Notes: a model not told the origin generated them from the sequence alone. A DNA stretch of 60,516 nt from Acidobacteriota bacterium (GCA_027622905.1 JAQBVV010000003.1:1-60516); one strand, 5' to 3'; positions 8,891 through 18,986 are shown, numbered from the stretch's first letter. Program-made: numbers and translations.

Positions 8891-10825
8891 ATGTGTGGCA
8901 TTTGTGGCGAGGTGAGGTTTGGCGGCGGAAGAGTGTCGCCGGATGACATCGTCCGCATGCGAGAGAACCTGGTGCATCGAGGACCGGACTCGGCGGGCCT
9001 CTTCGTGTCTGGCGATCGGCGTGCGGGCCTCGGGTTCCGACGGCTGCGCGTCATCGATCTGAGTCCCGAAGCCGACCAGCCAATGCCGAACGAGGACGGC
9101 TCCGTGCAGCTCGTCTTCAACGGGGAGATCTACAACTTCGTTGAGCTCAGGCGTGAGCTTGAGCAGAAGGGACACCGCTTCCGGTCAAGGTCGGACTCGG
9201 AAGTGATTGTGCACCTGTACGAAGAGGAAGGAGCAGCCGGTGTCTCCAGACTTGACGGAATGTTCGCGCTCGCCATCTGGGACGCGCGTGTCAAGAGAAT
9301 GGTTCTCGCGCGTGATCGCGCCGGGAAGAAGCCGTTGTTCTACTCGCAGACGCGCGAGGGCCTCATCTTCGCATCAGAGATGAAGTCGTTCTTCACCCGT
9401 CAAGACTATCCGATGGAGGTGGATCCGGCGACTGTACCGCAGTATTTCATCCACGGGTACGTGCCAAGTCCACGCACGTTCTATCGAAACGTCAGTCAGC
9501 TTGAGCCAGCGACCATCATGACGGTCGATGCCGGGGGACATGTGGTGCGAGAGGTCTACTGGCGGCCTCAGTTTCGTGATGCGTCATCCGCGAGCTCGGC
9601 CCCGGTCAGCGATGAGCAGGCGGCGAACGGTGTCCGGCAGTTGATGACCAAGGCCGTGGAGCGCCGCCTCATCAGTGACGTGCCGCTGGGTGCGTTCCTC
9701 AGCGGTGGGGTGGATTCGACCATCGTGGTCGGTCTGATGAGCCGTCTGATGAGTTCGCCTGTCCGCACATTTAGCATTGGCTTTGAGGGTGATCCGCGTT
9801 TCGACGAGACGGCGTATGCGCGCGAGGTGGCGGAGCGGTTCAAGACCGACCATACGGAGTTCAGGGTCACGCCATCCGCGATCGACCTCATCGACAAGTT
9901 GATCTGGCATCACGATGGGCCGTTCGGTGACGCCTCTGCCATACCCACGTACATCGTGTCTCAGCTGACAAGGCAATCGGTGACCGTCGTGCTCAATGGA
10001 GACGGTGGCGACGAGTTGTTCGCGGGCTACCAGCGGTTTGCTGCTGCGGTGCTCGCTGAGCGAATGCCGAGCTTCATCAAGCGTCCATTGCAGGGGGCGC
10101 TAGAGGTGTTGCCGTTCTCCACGGACGAGAAGCACTGGTTGTCGAGGGGACGACGATTCCTCCAGGCCATGAATCTTCCACTGAATGAACGCATGACCCG
10201 CTGGAGCGGCCTGTTTTACGATGATCTTGAGTTGCTGCTTGCTCCGGATCTTGTGTCCTCGCTGGCCGCGATTGACCGCCTTCAGTATCTGGAGGCAGAG
10301 CGGAAGCAGATGCGTGGTCTATCCACGCTCGGAGCTGTGTTGCACGCGAACTTCCGTTCGTACCTGCTCGATGACCTGCTCGTGAAGGTCGATCGGTGTT
10401 CGATGGCCAACTCGCTTGAGGCGCGTTCGCCATTTCTGGATACGGCCTTGGTCGAGTACGTGGGTGGTTTGCCGGACTCCATGAAACTTCGGGGATTGAA
10501 GACGAAATTCATTCTTCGGAAGGCGTTTGAGGACCTGCTTCCGCGCTCGGTGGCCAGGCGTGGAAAGATGGGGTTCGGCGTTCCCTTGGGCACGTGGTTT
10601 CGTACCGAGCTGAAGGACTACATCCGAGACCTTCTCCTGGATTCATCGGCGCGCTACAAGACGTTCCTCTCTGCGACGTACGTGCATGGCCTGGTGACGC
10701 GTCACCAGGCTGGCGGAGCCAACTCCGGATTGCAACTCTGGAGCGTGCTCTGCTTTGAGTTGTGGCTGCGGAGTCTGCCGCAGTGGAAGGGGCGTTTTGC
10801 GCCTGATCCAGCCGGCGTGGCGTAG
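8891..10825 (+). CDS. asnB: Second AsnB-type amidotransferase
   Basis: ATG 8891 gives MCGICG. Also HRGPD, FNGEIYNF, LSGGVDS and GDGGDELFAGY. Confidence 0.92.
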   Translation: MCGICGEVRFGGGRVSPDDIVRMRENLVHRGPDSAGLFVSGDRRAGLGFRRLRVIDLSPEADQPMPNEDGSVQLVFNGEIYNFVELRRELEQKGHRFRSRSDSEVIVHLYEEEGAAGVSRLDGMFALAIWDARVKRMVLARDRAGKKPLFYSQTREGLIFASEMKSFFTRQDYPMEVDPATVPQYFIHGYVPSPRTFYRNVSQLEPATIMTVDAGGHVVREVYWRPQFRDASSASSAPVSDEQAANGVRQLMTKAVERRLISDVPLGAFLSGGVDSTIVVGLMSRLMSSPVRTFSIGFEGDPRFDETAYAREVAERFKTDHTEFRVTPSAIDLIDKLIWHHDGPFGDASAIPTYIVSQLTRQSVTVVLNGDGGDELFAGYQRFAAAVLAERMPSFIKRPLQGALEVLPFSTDEKHWLSRGRRFLQAMNLPLNERMTRWSGLFYDDLELLLAPDLVSSLAAIDRLQYLEAERKQMRGLSTLGAVLHANFRSYLLDDLLVKVDRCSMANSLEARSPFLDTALVEYVGGLPDSMKLRGLKTKFILRKAFEDLLPRSVARRGKMGFGVPLGTWFRTELKDYIRDLLLDSSARYKTFLSATYVHGLVTRHQAGGANSGLQLWSVLCFELWLRSLPQWKGRFAPDPAGVA

Positions 10826-10960
10826 GGGAGGGGGCGGAGACCCTCGTAGATACTGGGTGGAGATTGGATCAGGGTGCTTCGCGCATGCGGTCCGGGCACA
10901 CTACACTAGTCCGACTGCCTCTGGCGCGGTTGTGGCAGGCATGAAGAAGGGATTCGCTGC

Positions 10961-11941
10961 ATGAGGGCACTGCTCACAGGGGGAGCTGGATTTGTCGGCT
11001 CGCATCTATCAGAGGCGCTGCTGGACCGGGGTGATCAGGTTCAGGTCCTCGATGACCTCTCGACCGGGTCGATCGACAACATTCAGCACCTGAAGGGACG
11101 CGACGGCTTCGAGTACGTCATCGATACCGTCATGAACGAGCGGCTGACCGCCGAACTCATCGATCGGGCAGACGTCGTCTTTCATCTGGCCGCCGCTGTT
11201 GGGGTCAAACTGATCGTCGAGGCGCCGGTTCGTACCATCGAGACCAACGTTCACGGCACGGAGGTGGTGCTGAAGCATGCCAGCAAGAAGGGCAAGCTCG
11301 TGGTGGTGTTCTCCACGTCCGAGGTGTACGGGAAGAGTATGGCGATCCCATTCGGCGAGGACGCCGATCTGGTGATCGGCCCGACGTCGAAACACCGTTG
11401 GGCGTATGCATGCAGCAAGGCGATCGATGAGTTCCTGGCGCTGGCGTATTGGAAGGAAAAGAAGCTCCCTGTCATTGTGGCGAGACTCTTCAATACCGTT
11501 GGGCCGCGGCAGACGGGGCAGTACGGGATGGTGATTCCGAACTTCGTGCGTCAGGCACTGGCCGGGGCTCCCATCACGGTGTTCGGTGATGGAGAGCAGC
11601 GCCGGGCCTTCGGATATGTCGGCGATGTGGTCGGGGCCCTGGTCAAGTTGGTTGATGAGCCCAAGTGCGTGGGTGAGGTGTTCAATATCGGCAACACTGA
11701 GGAGATCTCGATCCTCGATCTTGCGCGTCGTATCAAGACACTGACCGGAAGCGCCTCCGACATCGTGCTCGTGCCGTACGATGAGGCGTACGAGGAAGGC
11801 TTCGAGGACATGCCGCGCCGGGTTCCCGACCTCACCAAGATCAGTCGTGTCGTGGGCTACGCGCCCACCGTTGGTCTGGACGAGATTCTCAATCTGGTCA
11901 TCACGCACATGCGCGAAGCGATGACGCCGCAAGGAGTGTGA
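10961..11941 (+). CDS. NAD-dependent nucleotide-sugar epimerase/dehydratase (extended SDR)
   Basis: TGGAGFVGSH, HLAA, STSEVYG, YACSK (YxxxK) and RLFNTVGP. Confidence 0.9.
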   Translation: MRALLTGGAGFVGSHLSEALLDRGDQVQVLDDLSTGSIDNIQHLKGRDGFEYVIDTVMNERLTAELIDRADVVFHLAAAVGVKLIVEAPVRTIETNVHGTEVVLKHASKKGKLVVVFSTSEVYGKSMAIPFGEDADLVIGPTSKHRWAYACSKAIDEFLALAYWKEKKLPVIVARLFNTVGPRQTGQYGMVIPNFVRQALAGAPITVFGDGEQRRAFGYVGDVVGALVKLVDEPKCVGEVFNIGNTEEISILDLARRIKTLTGSASDIVLVPYDEAYEEGFEDMPRRVPDLTKISRVVGYAPTVGLDEILNLVITHMREAMTPQGV

Positions 11942-12660
11942 CCGCGGGAGTGACGTCGCGGCTCGACGCGCTCCGGGCGACGCTGAGGACGCCCGGGCAC
12001 TGGGCGGTCGTCGTCTGGTGCGGTGTCCCATTGGTCATCGCTACGCTGTTGGCGACGCCCAGCGTCACGACCCCTGGCGACGATCTTGGTCTTCGCCGCT
12101 TTCAGACGCCGCAGCTTGAGGCAGGTATGCTGCTTGGGCAGACATTCAGCATGCCGGGAGACGGTCTGTACGCCATCGAGGTGTTTCCGGTGGCCGTCGG
12201 TGAGCGGGTGTCCGGCTCTGTGGCGTTCGTGCTCTATGACGTGACCGAAAGTCGATTCGTTCCTGTCCGGGGTGCCGTGGTGACATCTGACAGCCTGATG
12301 CAGTCGCCGTCGTATCGCTTCGCGTTTCCGCCGATTGGTGATTCCGCCGATCACAGCTACCTGCTGAATATCGCGCCACGGCAGACTGAGGGCGTGGCCT
12401 TCTGGGCGACGAAAGGGGAGCGGTACGAAGGCGGTAGCTTGCGGATCAATAACCAGGACCGATGGGCCGATCTGGCCTTTCAGACCTATGCGCCGGCCCC
12501 GTCGATTGGGGCACTGTTCACGACGATTCGGGAAACCCATCCCGCACGCGGACATATCGTCATTGGCGCCTTCACGGCCATCTGGCTGCTGCTCGGCCTG
12601 TTGATTCGCGAGCTGGCGGCGATGAACAACACGCCTGGCGCGGATGTCACGAGCGCGTAG
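11938..12660 (+). CDS. Hypothetical membrane protein (TM - extracytoplasmic beta-rich domain - TM)
   Basis: GTGA overlap with the upstream gene. Hydrophobic segments near both termini. Confidence 0.65.
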   Translation: MTAGVTSRLDALRATLRTPGHWAVVVWCGVPLVIATLLATPSVTTPGDDLGLRRFQTPQLEAGMLLGQTFSMPGDGLYAIEVFPVAVGERVSGSVAFVLYDVTESRFVPVRGAVVTSDSLMQSPSYRFAFPPIGDSADHSYLLNIAPRQTEGVAFWATKGERYEGGSLRINNQDRWADLAFQTYAPAPSIGALFTTIRETHPARGHIVIGAFTAIWLLLGLLIRELAAMNNTPGADVTSA

Positions 12661-12936
12661 CTCCCCGGGAACCCCGGGAAGTCCACTCCTGCCTGGGGGA
12701 GCACCTCGACGGTCCGCTACGCAGAAGTGAAATCCGCGCTGGCCAGACCGAATCAATCCTCATCTCGTCGCGGTAACGGCGAGAAGTCAGTCGGACGACC
12801 GGGTCGGCCGACGGCCCCACCGGTGGATGATCGGCGAAATGCAACACCTGCCTGTCAGTGAGTCTGCTGGAGCTCCGGCTACGCCGAAGCCCTGAGGCTC
12901 GTGGCAACAGTCGCCGGCAGGCGAACTCGAAAGTGG

Positions 12937-14247
12937 TCAGCTCACGAAATCGCGCACGGCTCTCGCGGCGAACTTGGCGAGGTACGCGGGCCGATAGTAG
13001 TAGCTGACGAACGCCCATTCCTTGAGGGCCAGGATCTCGGTTGGTGTCAACGTCGGGTGCTTCGTGACAGGAGAGTAGCAGTCGAACTGTTCCCAGTCGG
13101 TTGTGATGAGATCATCCTTGACCCTGTCGTAGAGACGGGTGCCCGGAAACGGCGTATAGACAAAGAACTGCGCGACATGCGTGTTCAACCGCTTGGCGTA
13201 CGCCACCGTCTCTTCGATGGATTCCCGCGTATCCTCGGGAAGGCCGACCACGTAGAACACTGTTACCCGAATGCCGAGGCGGTCACAGGCTCGTACGATC
13301 TCCTCCTGGTGTTGCACAGGAATCGCCTTGCGCGACACGTCCTTGAGCACGGCATCGCTCGACGACTCCACCGCCACGTTGACGACGCGTAAGCCCGCCC
13401 GAGCCATCAGCTCGAGAAGCTCGACATCGAGACAATCCATTCGAGTTTCACAGGCCCAGCGAAAGTCGAATCCCCGGGCCAGCATTCCCTCCATGAGTTC
13501 GACGACACGCGTGCGACGCAGGGTGAAGATCGGATCGCGAAACAGAAAGGCGCGCAAGCCGTATCGATCGCGCCACTGCGCGAGCTCGTCAAGGACGTTC
13601 TCCGTAGACCGTTCGCGGAACTTGATGATCTCGTAGGGGCAATATTCGCAGGTGTACGGGCATCCGCGGCTCGAGAGAATGGGCAGAAACGGACGCTGCC
13701 GCAGCGCGGGAAAATACGAGTACGAGCGAACAGGAAAGGTGGACCAGTCCGGAAAGGGCAGGCTGTCGAGGTCCAGGACGTTCGGGCTTGGAACGACGCC
13801 TGACGGCAGGGTTCCACTCAAGACGAGGTCGATGGCAAACTGCTCCGGCTCTCCCGCGACGACGATGTCCGCCACGTCCAGAAACTGATCTGGACAGTGG
13901 CTGGCAAACGGCCCGATGAATGCCACGGTGGCGCGTGTCTCCTGTTTGTAGCGCATCGCCATCGCGCGCTCGGCGCGGTGATCGACAAGCGATGAGTAGA
14001 TCAGGGCCAGATCGGCATCTGGAACGACGCCGTTGGTGTACTCGCAGACATACCCTGCGCGGGAAAAAATACCCGCCAGATATCCCAAAGACATGAGTGG
14101 TAGCCGTTCGCCGAAGCGCTTGACCACTTCAATAGCACGGGCGCGCAGGGAGTCTCCGACCTTGAAGGCCCAGCCGTAGCCTCCCATGAAGTCCTTGTTC
14201 ACGCACCGCTTGTGGTCGGCGACGACCTCGACGAGTGCGACTTTCAA
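12937..14247 (-). CDS. B12-binding-domain radical SAM protein
   Basis: SRGCPYTCEYC (CxxxCxxC), FIGPFAS..GEPE, and the TPFPGT segment. TTG start. Confidence 0.85.
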   Translation of the reverse strand: MKVALVEVVADHKRCVNKDFMGGYGWAFKVGDSLRARAIEVVKRFGERLPLMSLGYLAGIFSRAGYVCEYTNGVVPDADLALIYSSLVDHRAERAMAMRYKQETRATVAFIGPFASHCPDQFLDVADIVVAGEPEQFAIDLVLSGTLPSGVVPSPNVLDLDSLPFPDWSTFPVRSYSYFPALRQRPFLPILSSRGCPYTCEYCPYEIIKFRERSTENVLDELAQWRDRYGLRAFLFRDPIFTLRRTRVVELMEGMLARGFDFRWACETRMDCLDVELLELMARAGLRVVNVAVESSSDAVLKDVSRKAIPVQHQEEIVRACDRLGIRVTVFYVVGLPEDTRESIEETVAYAKRLNTHVAQFFVYTPFPGTRLYDRVKDDLITTDWEQFDCYSPVTKHPTLTPTEILALKEWAFVSYYYRPAYLAKFAARAVRDFVS

Positions 14248-14278
14248 ATTGATGACACCCAGGCAGGGAGAGGAGCTC

Positions 14279-15844
14279 TCATCTCGGAGGGGGGGGCGCT
14301 ACGGCTTCCGAGCCGCGAATGCGGAAGAACAGATCCCGCAGGGACATCTCTCCGCGGGATTCCTGGCGGTTACTGAACACGTTGACGGCCGTCTTGACAA
14401 TGCGCCACGGTCGCGCAGTGAAAGCCACGCCGTAGAACAGCAGCATGCCGAAGCTCCGATACAGCCCCAGGGCCCGTCCTCCGACATGCTCTGACATCGA
14501 GATGGTGTGCAGCAGGTCGGTGTAGGTCTCCAGCGAGTAGAAGTAGTCGTCCGACAGTTCCGGAATCTTTCCGTCCCTTCGAAGGTCGTCAAACAATTCT
14601 GACCCTGGGTAGGGAGAAAACGGCGAAATCGACATGTCGTGGACGCCAATCAATGCCATCTCGACGAGAAACTTCAGCGTCTCGAAGATCTCGCGGTGCG
14701 TCTCACCGGGAAAGCCGATGATGATGTTGGCTTTGACGTTGAGGCCACTCGTGATGGCCGATCGCATCGAGCTCTTCATGCGATCGAGCGCGACCTTCTT
14801 CTTGATGCGCTTCAAAACAGAGGGTGATCCACTTTCGGGAGCGTAGCTGACGTTGCGACATCCCGACTCGTAGAGCAGCCGAGCGACCGTGCCGTCGATT
14901 GCCTCCGAGCGGGTCCCACTTGGAAGCTGCCAGGTGAATCGATGCCCGCGCTCGATGATTTTCTGGCAGAAGTCGATGATCCAATCGCGTCGCACGATGG
15001 CCGTCAAGTCGTAGAAGTCGAAGTTCTCGATCTGGTACTGCTCGATGTACCCGAGCATTTCGTCGAGCAAGATGTCTGGATCGCGTGCGATCCAGCGCGT
15101 GGTCCACATCGTGGGATTCGAGCAGAACGTGCATTCGTACGGACACCCTCTGCTCGCCAGCACCGGCAGGCACCGTCCCCGGTTGACGCCGAATCCCAAT
15201 CCACTATCAAGGTAATTGGCCAGGGGCACCAGATCCCATGCTGGTGGTGCGATCTCATTCAATTGTCGAATGCGGCCACGCGTCGCAGTCCGAACGATGT
15301 CGCCGTTCTCCCGATACACGATCCCGGGCACTTCAGCGATCGGTCTGTCCGCGTCGAGCGACGCCACAAGGTCGACGATCGTTTCTTCGCCCTCGCCGAC
15401 GACGCAATAGTCCAGCGACTGACAGTCGGTGAGGCTGAACTCTGGCATCGCGGTGATGTGCTCGCCACCTGCGACGATCGTGGCGCGTGGAAGCGCCCTC
15501 CGCAGTTCGTTGATGACCAGCCTGGTCATCGGCCACTCATGGGAAAACATGCAGGAGAGGCCAACATGGGTGGTCTCTCGATCGATGCGTCGAACAAGTG
15601 CCTCGATGGAGAGCCCGCGGGTCAGGAAGCCTGGACGTCCATCGACTGCTCGCGTCTCAAGCACTGCCTCTCCCAGAGCGTCTACGATAGCGACACGGTA
15701 GCCCGCTTCCCGCAAAGCGGAACCGACGTACGCAACACCGAGGGGCGGGCAGATGGGAGTCGTATGCGCCCACTTCGGTACGACCGTCGGTGGCCGTACC
15801 AGCGTGACGAACGATCCGCGTGATGATGCTGGAGCGGCGTTCAC
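14279..15844 (-). CDS. B12-binding-domain radical SAM protein
   Basis: PPLGVAY, GGEH, GEGE, SRGCPYECTFC, ESGS, IIGFPGET and PYPGS. Confidence 0.9.
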   Translation of the reverse strand: MNAAPASSRGSFVTLVRPPTVVPKWAHTTPICPPLGVAYVGSALREAGYRVAIVDALGEAVLETRAVDGRPGFLTRGLSIEALVRRIDRETTHVGLSCMFSHEWPMTRLVINELRRALPRATIVAGGEHITAMPEFSLTDCQSLDYCVVGEGEETIVDLVASLDADRPIAEVPGIVYRENGDIVRTATRGRIRQLNEIAPPAWDLVPLANYLDSGLGFGVNRGRCLPVLASRGCPYECTFCSNPTMWTTRWIARDPDILLDEMLGYIEQYQIENFDFYDLTAIVRRDWIIDFCQKIIERGHRFTWQLPSGTRSEAIDGTVARLLYESGCRNVSYAPESGSPSVLKRIKKKVALDRMKSSMRSAITSGLNVKANIIIGFPGETHREIFETLKFLVEMALIGVHDMSISPFSPYPGSELFDDLRRDGKIPELSDDYFYSLETYTDLLHTISMSEHVGGRALGLYRSFGMLLFYGVAFTARPWRIVKTAVNVFSNRQESRGEMSLRDLFFRIRGSEAVAPPPPR

Positions 15845-15986
15845 GTGTTCTGGATGGACGGCGGACCGAAGGAACCAAGCACGACCCTTATATTATGCGT
15901 TCTGAGGCTGGCCAGGCAGGATGTGCTGGCGACTGTAGTGCCACGGAACCCGACTCGCCAGGAATCTGCTCTTTCCGGTCAGATCC

Positions 15987-16844
15987 GTGGACTCAGGCAC
16001 CCCGTGTAAGATTCCTCGACGTTGTTCGTCACGTGCAGGAGACTGCTTTCTGAGTAACGCCGCCCCGTCTTCGACGCAGCCCCCGATTGAGTTGTCGATC
16101 ATTATTCCCGCGTACAACGAGGCACTGCGTATTGAAGAGACCCTGCGGACGGTCGAGAGCTTCCTTGCCCTCCAGACATACCGCTCGGAGGTCATCGTCA
16201 TCGATGACGGATCTACCGATGCTACTGCCGCGCTCCTGGACGACTACAGCAAGCACCGTCCTTCCGTACGAGTACTTCGCCATCAGTCGAACACCGGGAA
16301 GGGCGCCAGCGTCAGAACAGGTGTCCTGGCGGCGCGGGGCCGGTATGTGTTCTTCATGGACGCGGATCTCTCTGTGCCGATCACTGAACTGACAGGCGCG
16401 CTGACTGCGTTGGCTGATGGAGACGCGCCCATCGTGATCGGATCACGAAAGGTTCAGGGTGCGCGCATCGAACAGCGGCAGCCGTGGCTGCGTGAGATTC
16501 TTGGGCACGGCTTTACGTGGTTCACCGGTTTGCTTCTCTGGCGCACGATCGTTGATTTCACGTGCGGTTTCAAAGGGTTTCGCCGTGACGAAGCCATGGC
16601 GATCTTTTCTCGGCAGCGGTGCAACGACTGGGCCTTCGACGCCGAGGTGCTGTACCTGGCGCGTCTCATGGGCATGTCGGTACATCAGTATCCTGTTCGC
16701 TGGAGCCATCGAAGTAACTCACGAGTCAGGTTTCCACGCGACATTTACCAGACGCTGGGTGCGCTGATTAGTATTCGCTGGCGAGTCAGCCGGGCCATGC
16801 GTAAGGGCTCAGCGGCGTCTCAGGTCGATCGTGTCGCGGATTGA
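15987..16844 (+). CDS. GT2 polyprenyl-phosphate glycosyltransferase (Dol-P-Glc/DPM synthase-like); true start possibly CTG 16050
   Basis: LSIIIPAYNE, IDDGSTD, NTGKGASV, FMDADLS, DFTCGFKGF and WAFDAEVL. Confidence 0.88.
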   Translation: MDSGTPCKIPRRCSSRAGDCFLSNAAPSSTQPPIELSIIIPAYNEALRIEETLRTVESFLALQTYRSEVIVIDDGSTDATAALLDDYSKHRPSVRVLRHQSNTGKGASVRTGVLAARGRYVFFMDADLSVPITELTGALTALADGDAPIVIGSRKVQGARIEQRQPWLREILGHGFTWFTGLLLWRTIVDFTCGFKGFRRDEAMAIFSRQRCNDWAFDAEVLYLARLMGMSVHQYPVRWSHRSNSRVRFPRDIYQTLGALISIRWRVSRAMRKGSAASQVDRVAD

Positions 16845-16883
16845 GCGCGCGTGATCTTCGCTGCTCAGAGTGGCTGGACGCAG

Positions 16884-17345
16884 TCAGCTCCCGGCCGTTG
16901 TCTTGCGCGTCCGCGTATCAAGCACCTGGATCGCCGCTTCGACGAGATCGAGTTTGACCTCGGTGGCCATCAAGTGCTCCCGTGCCAGCGCGGTCGCCTG
17001 GTTCGCGTGGTCGAGACGTTCGCGGAGGGAGCGGAGTTGTTCCTTCAGCCCGACGGCTCGTGCCTTCCATTCCTCGGCTGACGCTTCCGTTCGTGTGGCA
17101 TGAGCAGCTGAACGCTCCGCTTTCGCGTTGGCGGTGGCAGCGGCCTGCTTCCATTCAGCGGCGGTCCTGGCCGACGCCTCGTGGTGGCTCTTCCAGGTCT
17201 CAACATCGGCGCGCAGCTTTGCCAGTCGTGCTTCCAGCTCAGACACTTTCACGGTCGCTCGCCGTGCCTGGTCGGTGACATGCTGCACCTGGCTGGCCGG
17301 AGCGAGATGAACGGCGGCGAGTAATCTCTTGATGGCGGTCTTCAT
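16884..17345 (-). CDS. Hypothetical coiled-coil protein
   Basis: ATG at 17345 (MKTAIKRLL). Ala/Glu/Lys/Arg-rich heptad-like sequence with no Pro after the N-terminus. Confidence 0.65.
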   Translation of the reverse strand: MKTAIKRLLAAVHLAPASQVQHVTDQARRATVKVSELEARLAKLRADVETWKSHHEASARTAAEWKQAAATANAKAERSAAHATRTEASAEEWKARAVGLKEQLRSLRERLDHANQATALAREHLMATEVKLDLVEAAIQVLDTRTRKTTAGS

Positions 17346-17384
17346 TCGGCAGCTACTCCCGGCCAAACAATCGTATGATGAGCC

Positions 17385-17708
17385 GTGGCTGATCGTGCAA
17401 TCTCGTCAGACGACCTGGTCAGACTACTTGAGCAGCGGCACCTTCCGCCAGCGGGAGCAACCCATACGGCAGATGTCACCCGTGAGCAGGTCGACATCCT
17501 GATCGCGCGCATCGCGTCCCTGACCGAAGCGCTACGCGATGCGGCTGAGGATGACACTGCGCGGCTCGCGAGTCGAATGCTCCTCGAGGACCTGGCTCTG
17601 GTGGTGGCCCAGTTCCGGGGGCGCGCCAATGAGCTGGTCGACTTGCTGACTCGAGCGCGGGACGGCATTCGTAGCGAGAGCGACGGTCCCGAGCCGTCGG
17701 TGTCCTAG
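17385..17708 (+). CDS. Hypothetical helical protein
   Basis: 107-aa ORF filling the gap between genes. TATGAT lies 5 nt upstream of the GTG. Confidence 0.55.
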   Translation: MADRAISSDDLVRLLEQRHLPPAGATHTADVTREQVDILIARIASLTEALRDAAEDDTARLASRMLLEDLALVVAQFRGRANELVDLLTRARDGIRSESDGPEPSVS

Positions 17709-17756
17709 CCAGAACCCGGGTCGCCGGGCGTGGGCTGAACTACGGCGTTCGTCGCG

Positions 17757-18236
17757 CTACCGTTTCTGCCTTCGTCGGCCCTGGGTGAGCCTCGCCGTGC
17801 CAGCGACAAGCGCGATGAAGCACGTCATCACGAGTGCTTCAACGACGCCGGGTGCCCTCAGTCCTGGAATCCGGTGCGCAAGCCACATCCAGCTCTCGCC
17901 ATACGAAATGTCTGGAGGGAGGCTACGATTCAGGCTCTCTGTGTCGGCCACGGCCGGGTCGTACATCAGTGCCTCGATGTTGTCCGGCCGAGTGTCGAGC
18001 AGGTCGTATCTGTCGTGCCCTTCTTCCGACACGCCATTCACGAGTCTGAACCGTCGCTCCAACTCCGCGCGTCGCTCCAGGCTCAGGCCATCCCGCCAGC
18101 GGACTCCGACTCTGACTGAAGGCTCGTAGGTGAAGCAGTACGCGACGCCGAGTATGACGAGGACGGATGCCGCAACGACTGTCGTGAGGCGCGCCCACCA
18201 TGTCTGGCGGCTGTCAGTCGGTCCTCGGGCAGTCAT
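17757..18236 (-). CDS. Small membrane protein: TM - shared VRW...DPxVxDT domain - TM
   Basis: Central domain aligns by eye with domains in CDS 25543-27057 and 29889-31751. Confidence 0.75.
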   Translation of the reverse strand: MTARGPTDSRQTWWARLTTVVAASVLVILGVAYCFTYEPSVRVGVRWRDGLSLERRAELERRFRLVNGVSEEGHDRYDLLDTRPDNIEALMYDPAVADTESLNRSLPPDISYGESWMWLAHRIPGLRAPGVVEALVMTCFIALVAGTARLTQGRRRQKR

Positions 18237-18449
18237 TGACCATACTTATACCGTGAACGTAGCGTTCTGAACCTCGCGCTCGGCTTTGTTGACTTCCTGC
18301 GTGGCCCCGGTGTTGCCCCGTGAACTGAAATTGACCCTGCACCCTGCGTGGCCTACGATCACAAACACATCGTGGTTCGGCAGATGACGCTTCAGCTGAT
18401 GATGGCTTGGTAGCGTGCGTCGTGATGGCTCGGTCGAGAGGTCCGCGGG

Positions 18450-18842
18450 ATGCTGCATGTAATCTACGACGGACAGTGCGGATTCTGCGTGCGGGCGCTC
18501 AGGATCTGCCGCGCGCTCGATGTGCGTGGGTCGCTGCGTTTTCACGATGCAAACGCGCGGGTGCACGTTCACGAAACGTTCCCAGAGCTGCACGCTGCCG
18601 ACTTTGACGATGCCATGTTCGCTGTGGCGCCAGACCGAGGTGTCACGCGGGGGTTCTTCGCGTTCCGCCGGGTCCTCTGGGAAAGTCCGCTCATGTGGCC
18701 CTTTCTCCCGTTGTTCTACTTTCCCGGCACGAGATGGCTAGGCCCGAGAGTATACGCGTGGGTCGCGAAGAATCGCCGTCGATTCGGTTGTGACAACGAC
18801 AGGTGCGACCTGTCGGCTTCCTCGCGAGATTCCCGCCCCTGA
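18450..18842 (+). CDS. DCC1-like thiol-disulfide oxidoreductase (DUF393)
   Basis: N-terminal YDGQCGFC (DxxCxxC) and C-terminal YAWVAKNR. Confidence 0.85.
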   Translation: MLHVIYDGQCGFCVRALRICRALDVRGSLRFHDANARVHVHETFPELHAADFDDAMFAVAPDRGVTRGFFAFRRVLWESPLMWPFLPLFYFPGTRWLGPRVYAWVAKNRRRFGCDNDRCDLSASSRDSRP

Positions 18843-18986
18843 GACGGGGCTGAGCGCATCAGTCCTTCCCTGGCAGTTCGCCGATACTTCCAGGACAGCG
18901 CATGGAGGGGGCACTCGAACGGTGGCCTTCACCCCGCGGCAACATCCTTTGCAGTGTGCGCCTGTGCCGGAGCGATAGAATGTCGC

